From contig CAUVXB020000002.1 of assembly GCA_963555825.3 (NCBI GenBank), forward strand, positions 1,280,001 through 1,344,000: a stretch of DNA of 64,000 nucleotides, in the 5' to 3' direction. The notes below the pieces were generated by a model. It did no database searches, was not told the origin of the DNA, and saw only the letters and a program-made list of their open reading frames with translations. The position numbers and the translations under genes were made by a program. Positions 1-8,108 of this stretch are shown piece by piece (position 1 is the first letter of the stretch; each line of letters begins with the position of its first letter). The stretch is from Alphaproteobacteria bacterium. GTDB lineage: Bacteria > Pseudomonadota > Alphaproteobacteria > JAAXGF01.

Positions 1-135
1 GCCCTCGGCCTCGCGCGCGGCGGCCCAGTCGGCGATCGCGCCGCGCAGCCAGACCTTGGCCCCGACCCAATAGCCGGTCCAGGCGAGCCCGAGCAGCGCG
101 AGGACGACGGCGGCGCGGCGGATCTTCGATTGCAT
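1..135 (-). CDS. DUF2125-family protein, N-terminal part (runs off window)
   Basis: ATG at 135 reads MQSKIPRRAAVVLALLGLAWTGYWVGAKVWLRGAIADWAAAREAEG. TM anchor plus W..YW motif; divergent from chaC, the usual alphaproteobacterial arrangement. Confidence 0.6.
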   Translation of the reverse strand, partial: MQSKIRRAAVVLALLGLAWTGYWVGAKVWLRGAIADWAAAREAEG

Positions 136-234
136 CGCAGGTCCTGGTAGGCCCACCACTGTCCTTTCCCGCGCGAAATTGTGCGGAACATGCTCTAATC
201 ACCGACCCCGCACCGACGGCGCAGGCGAGTTATT

Positions 235-391
235 TAGAGCATTGTGCGGTCATTTTTACTCCGCAAAGCTGACCTGCGCTCAATCGCCGCGCATACTTCC
301 GCCGAACGGTCGGCGGCCCCCCTCTTGTTGGGATAAGATTGGCGCAGGCTGGCATAATCCGGCCGATTCCAAATGATCGGATTATGCTCTA
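235..391. repeat. Intergenic repeat element (CIR/BRU-RS-like MITE), copy 1
   Basis: Terminal inverted repeats TAGAGCAT...ATGCTCTA. Internal blocks TGACCTGCGCTCAATCGCCGCGCA, GCCGAACGGTCGGCGGCC and CGCAGGCTGG are shared with the copies at ~21.7 kb and 44.35-46.06 kb. Confidence 0.75.
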
Positions 392-396
392 GTACC

Positions 397-927
397 ATGA
401 ACGGCCCCCGCGACGACACCGGCGACATCTGGGTATTCGGCTATGGCTCGCTGATGTGGCGGCCCGGCTTCGCGTACCGCGCGGCCGCGCCGGCGCTGCT
501 GCGCGGCTATCACCGGGCCTTCTGCGTGACCTCTTATCGCCACCGCGGCACGCGCGAGCGGCCCGGCCTGGTGCTCGGCCTCGATCGCGGCGGCTCGTGC
601 CGCGGCCGCGCCTATCGGGTCGCCGCCGCCGACGCGGCGGCGGTGATCGATTACCTCGACGAGCGTGAACTGATCGACTACCCCTACCGGCGCGCCTGCG
701 TGCCGATCCAGGCCGCCGGCCGGCGCGTCAGCGCGCTCACCTACCTGATCGATTTCAATCACGCCCAGTACGCCGGCCGGCTCGCGCTCGAAGACACAGC
801 CGAGATCATCCGCGGCGCCCGCGGCATCTCGGGCGGCAACCCCGACTATCTGCGCGATCTGATCGCCCACCTCGACGAACTCGGCATCCCCGACGGCCCG
901 CTGCACGCGCTCGCGCGGCTCATCTAA
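397..927 (+). CDS. chaC: Gamma-glutamylcyclotransferase, ChaC family
   Basis: WVFGYGSLMWRPGF, HRGTRERPGLVLGL and YLDERE motifs; ATG 397 chosen because it lies just after the repeat element. Confidence 0.92.
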   Translation: MNGPRDDTGDIWVFGYGSLMWRPGFAYRAAAPALLRGYHRAFCVTSYRHRGTRERPGLVLGLDRGGSCRGRAYRVAAADAAAVIDYLDERELIDYPYRRACVPIQAAGRRVSALTYLIDFNHAQYAGRLALEDTAEIIRGARGISGGNPDYLRDLIAHLDELGIPDGPLHALARLI

Positions 928-948
928 GACGCCGCGCCGAAATTAAAT

Positions 949-1013
949 GGTGTCAGACACTTTTTAATGTTTTAATTGTTTTATTTCATAGTAATATAAA
1001 GGTGTCTGACACC
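949..1013. repeat. REP-like inverted pair GGTGTCAGACAC...GGTGTCTGACACC around an AT-rich spacer
   Basis: Two near-palindromic 12-13-mers in inverted orientation, between convergent chaC and nrdJ. Confidence 0.7.
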
Positions 1014-1103
1014 TAACGTATAGTGTTGCGCCATGGCTGGTCGGCGCGGTGCGGCGCAATGCAGCGCTGCAAATCTGGACCTTGTAACGGCGCGCCGGCC
1101 CTC

Positions 1104-3422
1104 TCACACGCATTTCGAATAGCCGCACGAGGTGCAGATGTCGCAGCCTTCCTGGTGGATGAGCGACGGCGAGAAGCACTTCGGGCAGGAGCGGAAGCGT
1201 GTGTCGCGCGGCGTCTCGTCGCCCACCGCCTTGCGCAGCGCCTCGGCCGCCGGCGTCACCGAGTCGGGCGCCGGCAGGAAGCCGATGTCGATCATGTGGC
1301 GCTCGATGACGTCGCCGATGGCGGCGATGATCGACGGCACGTAGCGGCCCTCGACCCAATGGCCGCCGCGCGGGTCGAACACCGCCTTGAGCTCGTCGAC
1401 GACGAACGAGACATCGCCGGCACGCCGGAACACCGCCGAGATCATGCGTGTCAGCGCCAGCGTCCAGGCGTAATGCTCCATGTTCTTCGAATTGATGAAA
1501 ATCTCGAAGGGCCGCCGGCGGCCGTCGCGGATGATGTCGTTGATGGTGATGTACATGGCGTGATCGCTTTCCGGCCAGCGCACCTTGTAGGTCGCGCCGG
1601 GCAGCGATTCGGGCCGATCCAGCGGCTGCGTCATGTAGATCACACCGCCCGCCTCGAAGCGGTCGGCGGAACGCGGCGGCTGCGACTTCAGGGGCAACTC
1701 GGCCTGCTTGTCCTCGGCCGCATCCTCGGCGGGCTTCTCGAGGACGGCGCCGGTCACCGGGTTGGGCCGATAGGTCGTGCAGCCCTTGAGACCGAGCGCG
1801 TAGGCCTCGCGGTAGATGTCCTTGAAATCGTCGAACGAGATGTCCTCGGGGCAGTTGATGGTCTTCGAGATCGAACTGTCGACATGGCGCTGGACGGCGG
1901 CCTGGACGCGCAGGTGGTCCCGGGGCGTCAGCATTTGGATGTCGACGAAACTGTCGGGCAGCGGCGTCTTTTCGCCCTTGAGCCGGCGGAAAAGGCGGGC
2001 CGCCGGGTCGCTCACCTCCTCGGGCGTCCGCGTGCCGTCGGGCATCAGCACGTTGCGCGTATAGGCATAGCTGAAGACCGGCTCGAGCCCCGAGGAAACG
2101 TTGTCGGCGAGCAGCGATATCGTGCCGGTCGGCGCGATCGAGGTGAGCAGCGCGTTGCGGATACCGTGTTCGGCAATCGCCGCGCGGACGTCCTCGTCGA
2201 GCCCGGCGACCGTCTCGCCGGCCAGATAGCGCTCGGCGTCGTAGAGCGGAAAGGCGCCCTTCTCGGCGGCGAGCTGGACCGAAGCCAGATAGGCGGCGCG
2301 CGACAGCCGCGCGGTCCATTCGGCGGCCAGTTCGAGCGAGCGGTCGCCGCCATAGCGCGCGCCGACCATGATCAGCGCGTCGGCGAGGCCGGTGATGCCG
2401 AGGCCGATGCGCCGCTTGGCGCGGGCCTCCCGCGCCTGGGCGTCGAGCGGGAAATTCGAGACCTCGATGGCGTTATCGAGCATGCGCACGGCAACCGGCA
2501 CCAGCGCGTCGAGCGCCGCGAGGTCGAGATGCGCATTCTCCTCGAACGGATCGACGATTAACCGCGCCAGGTTGATCGAACCCAACAGGCACGCGCCATA
2601 CGGCGGCAACGGCTGCTCTCCGCAAGGATTGGTCGCATGGATGGTTTCGGCGTAGTGCAGGTTGTTGCGCCGGTTGATGCGGTCGATGAAGATCACGCCC
2701 GGCTCGGCATAGGCGTAGGTCGCGCGCATGATCTTGTCCCACAGCTCGCGTGCGCCGACCGACCGGTAGGTGACGCCGCCGAAGGTCAGCTCCCAGGCGC
2801 GGTCCTCCCTGACCGCGTCCATGAAGGCGTCGGTGACCAGCACCGAGAGGTTGAACATGCGCAGCCGCCCGGGCTCGCGCTTGGCGTCGATGAAGACCTC
2901 GATGTCGGGATGGTCGCAGCGCAGCGTCGCCATCATGGCGCCGCGCCGGTGACCGGCGCTCATGATGGTGCGGCACATGGCGTCCCACACGTCCATGAAC
3001 GAGAGCGGCCCCGAGGCGTCGGCGCCGACGCCGCGCACCGGCGCGCCCTTGGGCCTGAGCGTCGAGAAATCGTAGCCGATGCCGCCGCCCTGTTGCATGG
3101 TCAGCGCGGCTTCCTTGAGATGCTCGAAGATGCCCGTCATGTCGTCGGGAACGACGCCCATGACGAAGCAGTTGAACAGCGTCACCGAGCGCCCGGCGCC
3201 GGCGCCGGCGAGGATGCGCCCGGCCGGCAGGAAGCGGAAATCGGCCATCGCCTCGCAGAAGCGGTCCCGCCACGCGGCCGGATCGTCCTCGGCGGCGGCG
3301 AGCGCGCCGGCGACGCGGCGCCAGCTGTCCTCGATCGAGCCGTCGAGCGGCGTGCCGTCGGCCGCGTGCAGACGGTATTTCATGTCCCAGATGCGCAGTG
3401 AGATGGGTGCGATGTCGGACAA
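1104..3422 (-). CDS. nrdJ: Adenosylcobalamin-dependent (class II) ribonucleotide reductase with C-terminal TSCPD/zinc-ribbon domain
   Basis: TLFNCFV, ATNPCGEQPL, IAPTGTIS, SISKTIN, GLKGCTTYR, C-terminal CPKC..CDICTSCGYSKC; TTG start with GGAG RBS. Confidence 0.96.
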   Translation of the reverse strand: MSDIAPISLRIWDMKYRLHAADGTPLDGSIEDSWRRVAGALAAAEDDPAAWRDRFCEAMADFRFLPAGRILAGAGAGRSVTLFNCFVMGVVPDDMTGIFEHLKEAALTMQQGGGIGYDFSTLRPKGAPVRGVGADASGPLSFMDVWDAMCRTIMSAGHRRGAMMATLRCDHPDIEVFIDAKREPGRLRMFNLSVLVTDAFMDAVREDRAWELTFGGVTYRSVGARELWDKIMRATYAYAEPGVIFIDRINRRNNLHYAETIHATNPCGEQPLPPYGACLLGSINLARLIVDPFEENAHLDLAALDALVPVAVRMLDNAIEVSNFPLDAQAREARAKRRIGLGITGLADALIMVGARYGGDRSLELAAEWTARLSRAAYLASVQLAAEKGAFPLYDAERYLAGETVAGLDEDVRAAIAEHGIRNALLTSIAPTGTISLLADNVSSGLEPVFSYAYTRNVLMPDGTRTPEEVSDPAARLFRRLKGEKTPLPDSFVDIQMLTPRDHLRVQAAVQRHVDSSISKTINCPEDISFDDFKDIYREAYALGLKGCTTYRPNPVTGAVLEKPAEDAAEDKQAELPLKSQPPRSADRFEAGGVIYMTQPLDRPESLPGATYKVRWPESDHAMYITINDIIRDGRRRPFEIFINSKNMEHYAWTLALTRMISAVFRRAGDVSFVVDELKAVFDPRGGHWVEGRYVPSIIAAIGDVIERHMIDIGFLPAPDSVTPAAEALRKAVGDETPRDTRFRSCPKCFSPSLIHQEGCDICTSCGYSKCV

Positions 3423-3488
3423 CGAAGGCTCCTCGGGGACAAACGCGCGGCCCCTTGCGGGGCCCGGAAGATGCCGGGGGGAACTCGA

Positions 3489-3517
3489 ATTCTAGGCTGA
3501 TCGGACCGTTACGTCAA
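3489..3517 (-). promoter_or_regulatory. Sigma70-type promoter of nrdJ
   Basis: Minus strand TTGACG (3517-3512), 17-nt spacer, TAGAAT (3494-3489). Confidence 0.65.
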
Positions 3518-3522
3518 CGATT

Positions 3523-3537
3523 GTTCCACGTTTGTTT
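3523..3537. promoter_or_regulatory. Putative alphaproteobacterial LexA (SOS) box
   Basis: GTTC-CACGTTT-GTTT, one mismatch from GTTC-N7-GTTC, just upstream of the nrdJ -35 element. Confidence 0.5.
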
Positions 3538-3640
3538 CCACACGAAAGCGCACCCATCCGATACGTCTAATTTGTTGAATTTACGCGTTTATTTGTGATA
3601 ACTCCTGCGCCTCACAGGGGTCCGCGAGAGGTGTTGCCGG

Positions 3641-4372
3641 CTAATCCACAGAGTTATCCACAAGCGATTCGGCGATCAACGCGGCGCTCGCGGTCTCGAC
3701 GCGGTGTTCGAGCTCCTGCATGAACGCGCGGCTCTTCAAACCGGTCGGCATGGCGGGCAGGAATTCGACGATGATGCGCCCCGGCCGCTTGACGAAGCTG
3801 CGCCGACCCCAGAACAGACCCGAGTTAAGCGCCATCGGCACGACCGGCGCGTCGACTTTGGCGGCGATCATCGCGATGCCGGGGTGATAGGGCAGACGCG
3901 CGCCCGGCGCCGCGCGCGTGCCTTCGGGAAAGATCACCACCTGGCGGCCCGCCGCGATCGCCCCGCGCACGCCCTCGACCATGGCCTTGAGCGCACTGCC
4001 GCCGCCCTGGCGGTCGACGGCGATCGAACCCGTCTTCCACGCGCACCAGCCATAGAGCGGGATCCTCAGCAGCTCCTTCTTCACGACGTAGACCGGGTCG
4101 GCGAGGTACTCGATCAGCGTGATCGTCTCCCACGCGGACTGGTGCTTGGCGCAGAGCACGACCGAGCCGGCCGGCAGGTTCTCGGTGCCGCGGAATTCCG
4201 CGGTCAGGCCGACGATGGTGGCGAGCTGCCAGCGGATGCCGCGCGCCCAGATGAACAGGCAGGCGCGAAGCACCGGCCGGGGCAGGACGAACGTCGGCAT
4301 GAAGACCACGCCGCAGATCATCGTCCAGCCATAGAAGGCGACGTTGAACAGAGCCGAACGCAGCAGGTTCAT
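3641..4372 (-). CDS. plsC: 1-acyl-sn-glycerol-3-phosphate acyltransferase
   Basis: KHQSAWET, VKKEL and IFPEGTR motifs; start MNLLRS overlaps the upstream stop (ATGA). Confidence 0.9.
   Translation of the reverse strand: MNLLRSALFNVAFYGWTMICGVVFMPTFVLPRPVLRACLFIWARGIRWQLATIVGLTAEFRGTENLPAGSVVLCAKHQSAWETITLIEYLADPVYVVKKELLRIPLYGWCAWKTGSIAVDRQGGGSALKAMVEGVRGAIAAGRQVVIFPEGTRAAPGARLPYHPGIAMIAAKVDAPVVPMALNSGLFWGRRSFVKRPGRIIVEFLPAMPTGLKSRAFMQELEHRVETASAALIAESLVDNSVD
3642..3662. promoter_or_regulatory. Tandem DnaA boxes upstream of nrdJ (inside the plsC 3' end)
   Basis: TAATCCACA (3642-3650, one mismatch) and consensus TTATCCACA (3654-3662). Confidence 0.55.
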
Positions 4373-5013
4373 CGGGCCCCGTCCCGGGCGCCGATAACGG
4401 TGCTGACCAGATGCTTGGTGTATTCGCTGGCGATCAGGCTGGCGGTGCCGGGCCAGCGCCACCAGGCGTCGACATGGACGCTGTCGCTCGACACCGGGTG
4501 AGCGATCAACGTCACCGTCGGCATGGCGCGGCGGAATTCGGCCAGGCTGCGCGGCATGTGGTAGTCCGCGGTTACCAGGCGCAACGAGGCGAAACCCTCG
4601 TCGGCCATCCAGCGCGCCGTCTCGCGGGCGTTACCGGCGGTATCGACCGCGCTATGGCCGATCGCGATGCAACATGCGAGCGCCTCGGGCGTCTGTTGCG
4701 AGACGCGCAGAATCTCGGCAACGTCGACGCCGCGGTAGACGCCCGAGACGAACAGCTTCTTGGCGCGGCCCTCGCGCAGCAGCTCGAAGCCGACGCCGAG
4801 GCGCCCGGCGCCGCCGGTCAAGACGACGATCGCGTCGGTCGTTGCGGTCGGCTCGGCCGGCGCGCGCGGGATCGCAGCGGCGAACCAGATCAGGCCGGCG
4901 AGCCACAGCGCAGCGAGCGCAGCGATGCCGCCTAACGCGACGATCACCAACCGCAGGCGGCGGTTGCGCGCGCCGCCCGTCGCCGCGTCGGACGTCCCGG
5001 ACAGCTCGTTCAT
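4369..5013 (-). CDS. YdcF/DUF218-family protein
   Basis: DAIVVLTGGAGR, DTAGNARET and LVTADYHMPRS motifs; typical position after ftsEX. Confidence 0.88.
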   Translation of the reverse strand: MNELSGTSDAATGGARNRRLRLVIVALGGIAALAALWLAGLIWFAAAIPRAPAEPTATTDAIVVLTGGAGRLGVGFELLREGRAKKLFVSGVYRGVDVAEILRVSQQTPEALACCIAIGHSAVDTAGNARETARWMADEGFASLRLVTADYHMPRSLAEFRRAMPTVTLIAHPVSSDSVHVDAWWRWPGTASLIASEYTKHLVSTVIGARDGAR

Positions 5014-5888
5014 GGCATCGCCGCGAGCGCGCGGAGCACGGTCACCCTGGCCGTCGCCATGGCGACCAGGGCGCTGGCCACCGGCAGCAGGGCGAGCGCC
5101 AGGTAGGCCGCCGGCGTCAGGCTGAGCCGTGGCAGCAGCGGCGCCTCGAGGCCACTCGCGAAGGTGCCGACGGCCGCCAGGGTCAGCGCGGCGAGGACCA
5201 GGCCGATCAAGCCGCCCTTGAGTCCGAGGCGGAGCGCGAGGCGGCCGAAGCTGCGCGCGATGAAACTGTCCTGGGCGCCGATCAGATGCAGCACCTCGAC
5301 GGTGTCGTGGTGCAGCGCAAGGCTGGTGCGCGTCGTGAACACCACGGTGCCGACCGTGGCGGCGACGATCGCCAGCACCACCGCGAGCGCGGCGAACTGG
5401 ACGGCGCGCGCGGCCGAGGCGACGCGCGCCAGCCATTCGCCATGATCGTCGATTTCGGCGCCCGGCGCCGCCGCCTTCAACCGCGCGTCCAACGCCGCCG
5501 TGTCGAGCGGCGTCTCGCCGTCGAGCTTGACGTCGATCAGCCAGGGTAGCGGCAGCTCGACATCGACGTTGCCGGCGCCGAGCCACGGCTCCAGGAGGGC
5601 GACGATCTCGGCGCGGGCGAGCGCGTCCGCCTGGGCGACGCCGGGGGTCGCGCGCAGCACCGCGACGGCGGCGTCGACATGATCGGTGTCGTCATCGGCG
5701 CCGGGCGGCGGCACCTGCACGGTGATCGTGCCGGCGCGCGCGCCCTGCCACTCCGCGACCGCGCCGTTGAGCGCCAGGGCGCCGGCCAGGGCGAGCGCCG
5801 CGAGATAGACCTTGAGCGCGACGATCCAGGGCAGGAAGCGGCTCGCCGGGTCGCCCTTGAGCGGCAGCGTCGGATAGGATGTCGCCAT
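5010..5888 (-). CDS. ftsX: Cell division permease FtsX
   Basis: Four-TM ABC permease with EVLHLIGAQDSFIAR motif, downstream of ftsE. Confidence 0.88.
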   Translation of the reverse strand: MATSYPTLPLKGDPASRFLPWIVALKVYLAALALAGALALNGAVAEWQGARAGTITVQVPPPGADDDTDHVDAAVAVLRATPGVAQADALARAEIVALLEPWLGAGNVDVELPLPWLIDVKLDGETPLDTAALDARLKAAAPGAEIDDHGEWLARVASAARAVQFAALAVVLAIVAATVGTVVFTTRTSLALHHDTVEVLHLIGAQDSFIARSFGRLALRLGLKGGLIGLVLAALTLAAVGTFASGLEAPLLPRLSLTPAAYLALALLPVASALVAMATARVTVLRALAAMP

Positions 5889-5889
5889 G

Positions 5890-6570
5890 TCAACCGGCCT
5901 TGCGCCGCTGCCCGGCGACGAAGCCGAGCGTGCCGCCTTCGAGGCGCACCACCGGATGATCGAAGCCGGCGACCAGAGATTCGTTATGCGTCGCGATGAC
6001 CACGGTGGTGCCGATCTTGTTGAGCTCCTCGAACAGATAAAGCAGGCGCATGCCGACGTCGGCGTCGACATTGCCGGTCGGCTCGTCGGCGAGCAGCAGG
6101 CGCGGCCGCGTGATCACCGCGCGGGCGATCGCGACGCGCTGTTTCTGGCCGCCCGACAGCGTCGCCGGCAGGGCGTCGACATGGTCGCCCAGACCGACCC
6201 AGTGCAACAGCTCGCGGACATGGTCGCGGACCTGCTCGTCACGCGCGCCGGCGATGCGCAGCGGCAGGACGACGTTCTCGAAGGCGGTCAGATGGTCGAG
6301 CAGGCGGAAGTCCTGGAAGACGACGCCGATCTTGCGGCGGATCGCCGGCAACTCGGTGCGCGCGAGCATCGCGATGTCGCGGTCGAACAGGCTGATCAGG
6401 CCGCGCGACGGGCGATGCGCCAGATACATGATCCTGAGCAGCGACGACTTGCCGGCGCCGCTCGGCCCGACCAGGAAATGGAACGAGCCGGCTTCGAGCG
6501 TGAAATTGATGTCGTGCAGCACTTCGGGCCCGGTGCCGTAGCGCATGCCGACGTTCTCGAAACGAACCAA
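5890..6570 (-). CDS. ftsE: Cell division ATP-binding protein FtsE
   Basis: [26 protein letters not shown] and [11 protein letters not shown]; TTG start with GGAG RBS. Confidence 0.93.
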   Translation of the reverse strand: MVRFENVGMRYGTGPEVLHDINFTLEAGSFHFLVGPSGAGKSSLLRIMYLAHRPSRGLISLFDRDIAMLARTELPAIRRKIGVVFQDFRLLDHLTAFENVVLPLRIAGARDEQVRDHVRELLHWVGLGDHVDALPATLSGGQKQRVAIARAVITRPRLLLADEPTGNVDADVGMRLLYLFEELNKIGTTVVIATHNESLVAGFDHPVVRLEGGTLGFVAGQRRKAG

Positions 6571-6726
6571 TTTGGCTCCCTCCCTCGGCGTCGGCGCCGG
6601 TCGGACGCCTGTGGCGGCGCAGCATGGCACAACGCGCCGGCCCGCGTCCAGCACCGCCCGAGCGGCCTTGCCATGGCCCGGCCAATCCGCCTATAACGAA
6701 GCGGTCTTCAAAGTAAGCCAGTCATC

Positions 6727-7377
6727 ATGATCCTGACCTGTCCGTCCTGCTCGACGCGCTATCTAATCGATCCTTCGGCGCTCGGCGAGATTGGCCGGGT
6801 GGTGCGCTGCGCGCGCTGTGCGCATAGCTGGATGGAGACCCCGCCCGAGGACATGCCCAAGCGCGTCGACGTCGCCGTGGCGCCCGCCGTGGCACGGCCG
6901 ATTCCGCCGGGCTCGAACCTGCCGGCGCTGCCCGATGCGCCGAGATCGTCGGGCTGGGCGTCATGGGCCGCGCTTGCCGCGGTCGTTATCGCGGTGCTCG
7001 GCGGCACGGTGGCGGCGCGCGAGCGGATCGTCGAAGCCTGGCCGCTCACCGAGCGGCTCTACCTGCTCGCCGGGCTGGCCGAGCCCAAGCCGTCGACGAA
7101 CTTCATTCTGCGCCGGATCCAGTCGTCGACCTTTCTCGATGATGGCCACACGATCGTCGTCGTGACCGGCGAGATCGTCAACGTCTCGGGCGAGACGCGG
7201 CTGGTGCCCAACCTCGAGGCGCGCGTCTTCGACAGCGAACAGCGCATTCTTGACCGCTGGATCGTGGCGCCGCCGATCGCGCAGCTCGCGCCCGGCGGGA
7301 CGGTGGCGTTCAGCGACCGCTTCGCCGATCCACCGGTCGGTTATGCGCAACTCTCCGTCGACTTCGCGACACGCTGA
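6727..7377 (+). CDS. MJ0042-family zinc-finger/DUF3426 membrane protein
   Basis: MILTCPSCSTRY...VRCARCAHSW, then one TM and a periplasmic domain. Confidence 0.85.
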   Translation: MILTCPSCSTRYLIDPSALGEIGRVVRCARCAHSWMETPPEDMPKRVDVAVAPAVARPIPPGSNLPALPDAPRSSGWASWAALAAVVIAVLGGTVAARERIVEAWPLTERLYLLAGLAEPKPSTNFILRRIQSSTFLDDGHTIVVVTGEIVNVSGETRLVPNLEARVFDSEQRILDRWIVAPPIAQLAPGGTVAFSDRFADPPVGYAQLSVDFATR

Positions 7378-7409
7378 CATGATGACGCCAGTACGCCCGA
7401 GAGTTCGCC

Positions 7410-7952
7410 ATGACGCGTGATGAGACGCCCGCGGTCGAGCCGCTGTTCAGCGCCGACGAGATAGCCGTCCGGGTCGAGGCGATCGCCGCGGAGATCGCCG
7501 GCACGATGCCCAAGGACCTGCTCATCGTCGCGATCCTCAAGGGTGGCTTCGTCTTCGTCGCCGACCTGATCCGCGCACTGCACTATGCCGGCATGCGGCC
7601 GCAAGTCGATTTCATGACGCTGTCGAGCTACGGCGCGGCGACCGAGAGTTCGGGCCACGTGGTGATCACCCGCGACATCACCGACGACGTCGCGGGCCGC
7701 GACGTGTTGATCGTCGACGACATCCTCGAGTCGGGCCGCACGATCTCGGGCGCCCAGCAGCTGCTGCTCAACCGCGGCGCGCGGACGGCCAAGCTCTGCG
7801 TGCTGTTGGACAAGCCGGGCAAGCGCAAGGTCGATTGCGCGGCCGACTTCATCGGTTTCATCGTCGAGGACCGCTTCGTCGTCGGCTACGGCCTCGACTA
7901 CGCCCACCTGTTCCGCGACCTGCCCTACATCGGCACCATCGTGCCGACCTGA
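7410..7952 (+). CDS. hpt: Hypoxanthine phosphoribosyltransferase
   Basis: ILKGGFVF, VLIVDDILESGRT and FVVGYGLDY motifs. Confidence 0.95.
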   Translation: MTRDETPAVEPLFSADEIAVRVEAIAAEIAGTMPKDLLIVAILKGGFVFVADLIRALHYAGMRPQVDFMTLSSYGAATESSGHVVITRDITDDVAGRDVLIVDDILESGRTISGAQQLLLNRGARTAKLCVLLDKPGKRKVDCAADFIGFIVEDRFVVGYGLDYAHLFRDLPYIGTIVPT

Positions 7953-7979
7953 GGCGCCGCTACAATCCGGTGAAGCACT

Positions 7980-8065
7980 GTAATAACGGGGTCAGACTCC
8001 GTTATTACTGTTTGTTGACATTGACATATAATGGTGTCTGACACCGTTAAATCAGACCCCGTTTA
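7980..8065. repeat. Cluster of REP-like palindromes (GG.GTC.GAC.CC core)
   Basis: GTAATAACGGGGTCAGACTCCGTTATTAC, ATGGTGTCTGACACCGT and a partial TCAGACCCCGTTTA between convergent genes; same core as 949-1013. Confidence 0.7.
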
Positions 8066-8108
8066 AACTGCCGTTTAATCCTTGGATGCTTACGAGGCGC
8101 GGGGCGCG

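Noticed and set aside
3423-3640. Cobalamin riboswitch or NrdR boxes upstream of nrdJ
   Set aside because: I could not find a B12-box or NrdR consensus by eye, and the leader after the predicted promoter is too short for a riboswitch.
3500-3662. Replication origin
   Set aside because: Only two clear DnaA boxes, no extended unwinding element and no typical oriC gene context; better read as nrdJ regulation.
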